This document shows positions 63,295 through 64,000 of a stretch of 64,000 bases of DNA, one piece after another. The notes beneath the pieces were generated by a model. It was not told where the DNA came from and did not search any database. It worked only from the letters and a program-made list of their open reading frames with translations. The stretch lies in contig NW_021832829.1 of assembly GCF_006345805.1 (NCBI RefSeq), forward strand, positions 558,001 through 622,000. The letters run 5' to 3'. Every line of letters begins with the position of its first letter. Positions within the stretch are counted from its first letter, which is position 1. The position numbers and the translations under genes were made by a program. This DNA is from Octopus sinensis (Eukaryota).

Positions 63295-63608
63295 CTTTAT
63301 TGCAACTCTTGCACAGATGCAAGGTCCTTGTCATTCCTTGCGTGATGACATGGGAAGGAATTGTATCTAAGTACCACAAGGGTTATCTCAGGCAGTTGGG
63401 AGTCGATAGGTACATTCAGGCCTATATGCAGTCCACTGTCCTGAAGAGAACTCTAGAAAGTGAATCTGTTGATGCGCGCAGATCCAGCCCCTTAATGCCA
63501 CATGGGCAGAATTATTGGCTGAAAAATGCTCTCACAGAGCTATTCCTTTGTCCAGAAGCAGAAGAGGCTGGTCTCCAAACTTCAGATGTGGACGTGTTGT
63601 TGGATTAA
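63295..63608 (+). mobile_element. R4/Dong-like 3' fragment
   Basis: KVLVIPCVMTWEGIVSKYHK...IQAYMQSTVLKRTLES. Confidence 0.8.
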
Positions 63609-63862
63609 ATGAGCTACAATGGAAACTTTTTCTACGAGAATAAATTTATTCTTCCATATATCGGAATTACAACAATAGATATTACAAGAAATTTCGTATT
63701 AAAAATGATATGCCTGATAATTTTCCCCGTGGAAGTGATTATTTTAGTCCCATTAATCTAACAATTAGTCGATATTTTAAAAATCATGCGTGTTTTACAT
63801 TCTATTGTGCCACACTTTGATCTAGTATAACATTAATAGATAGCAATAGGGATTAAATAGGA

Positions 63863-64000
63863 ACAGGAAATGAACTGGAACAGCGACTCTCATCCTGTAA
63901 TAAGATTTTTTTTAACTTTTTTAAGGTTTCACCAGAGAGGAGAATGAGCAACAATTCTTATTACATACTCAACAGGAGACAGGAAATGAACTGGAACAGC
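63863..64000. repeat. 22-bp direct repeat, 116-bp spacing; may continue beyond the window
   Basis: ACAGGAAATGAACTGGAACAGC at 63863-63884 and 63979-64000. Confidence 0.7.

Overview
AT-rich eukaryotic (animal-type) nuclear DNA, not prokaryotic. Host genes are interrupted by tiny spliceosomal introns (nearly all 23-32 nt): the 3' end of an AN1 zinc-finger gene, RIC8, a mitochondrial dicarboxylate carrier (SLC25A10), glutaredoxin, PCF11, ERCC6L/PICH and a frameshifted DPH7. Metazoan-type genes plus ~25-nt introns suggest a genome-reduced animal parasite such as a dicyemid (inference only). Most remaining sequence is mobile elements: about ten CRE-like REL-endonuclease retroelement pieces, an almost intact R4/Dong-like element with a 12-bp TSD, APE-type (Ingi-like) and RTE LINEs, several hAT elements with TIRs/TSDs, Merlin, Ginger-like, Tc1, pogo/Tigger and a tRNA-derived SINE. 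Top leads: an HDV-like ribozyme + 2A-like peptide + APE module at a LINE 5' end (two copies), an unexplained pseudoknotted RNA-like fold near 41.9 kb, telomere-like repeats inside a pogo element, a dispersed orphan family of putatively secreted proteins, and non-canonical or signal-poor tiny introns. Many frameshifts are single-base losses in short runs, so assembly error is a live alternative throughout. All alignments and folds were done by eye.
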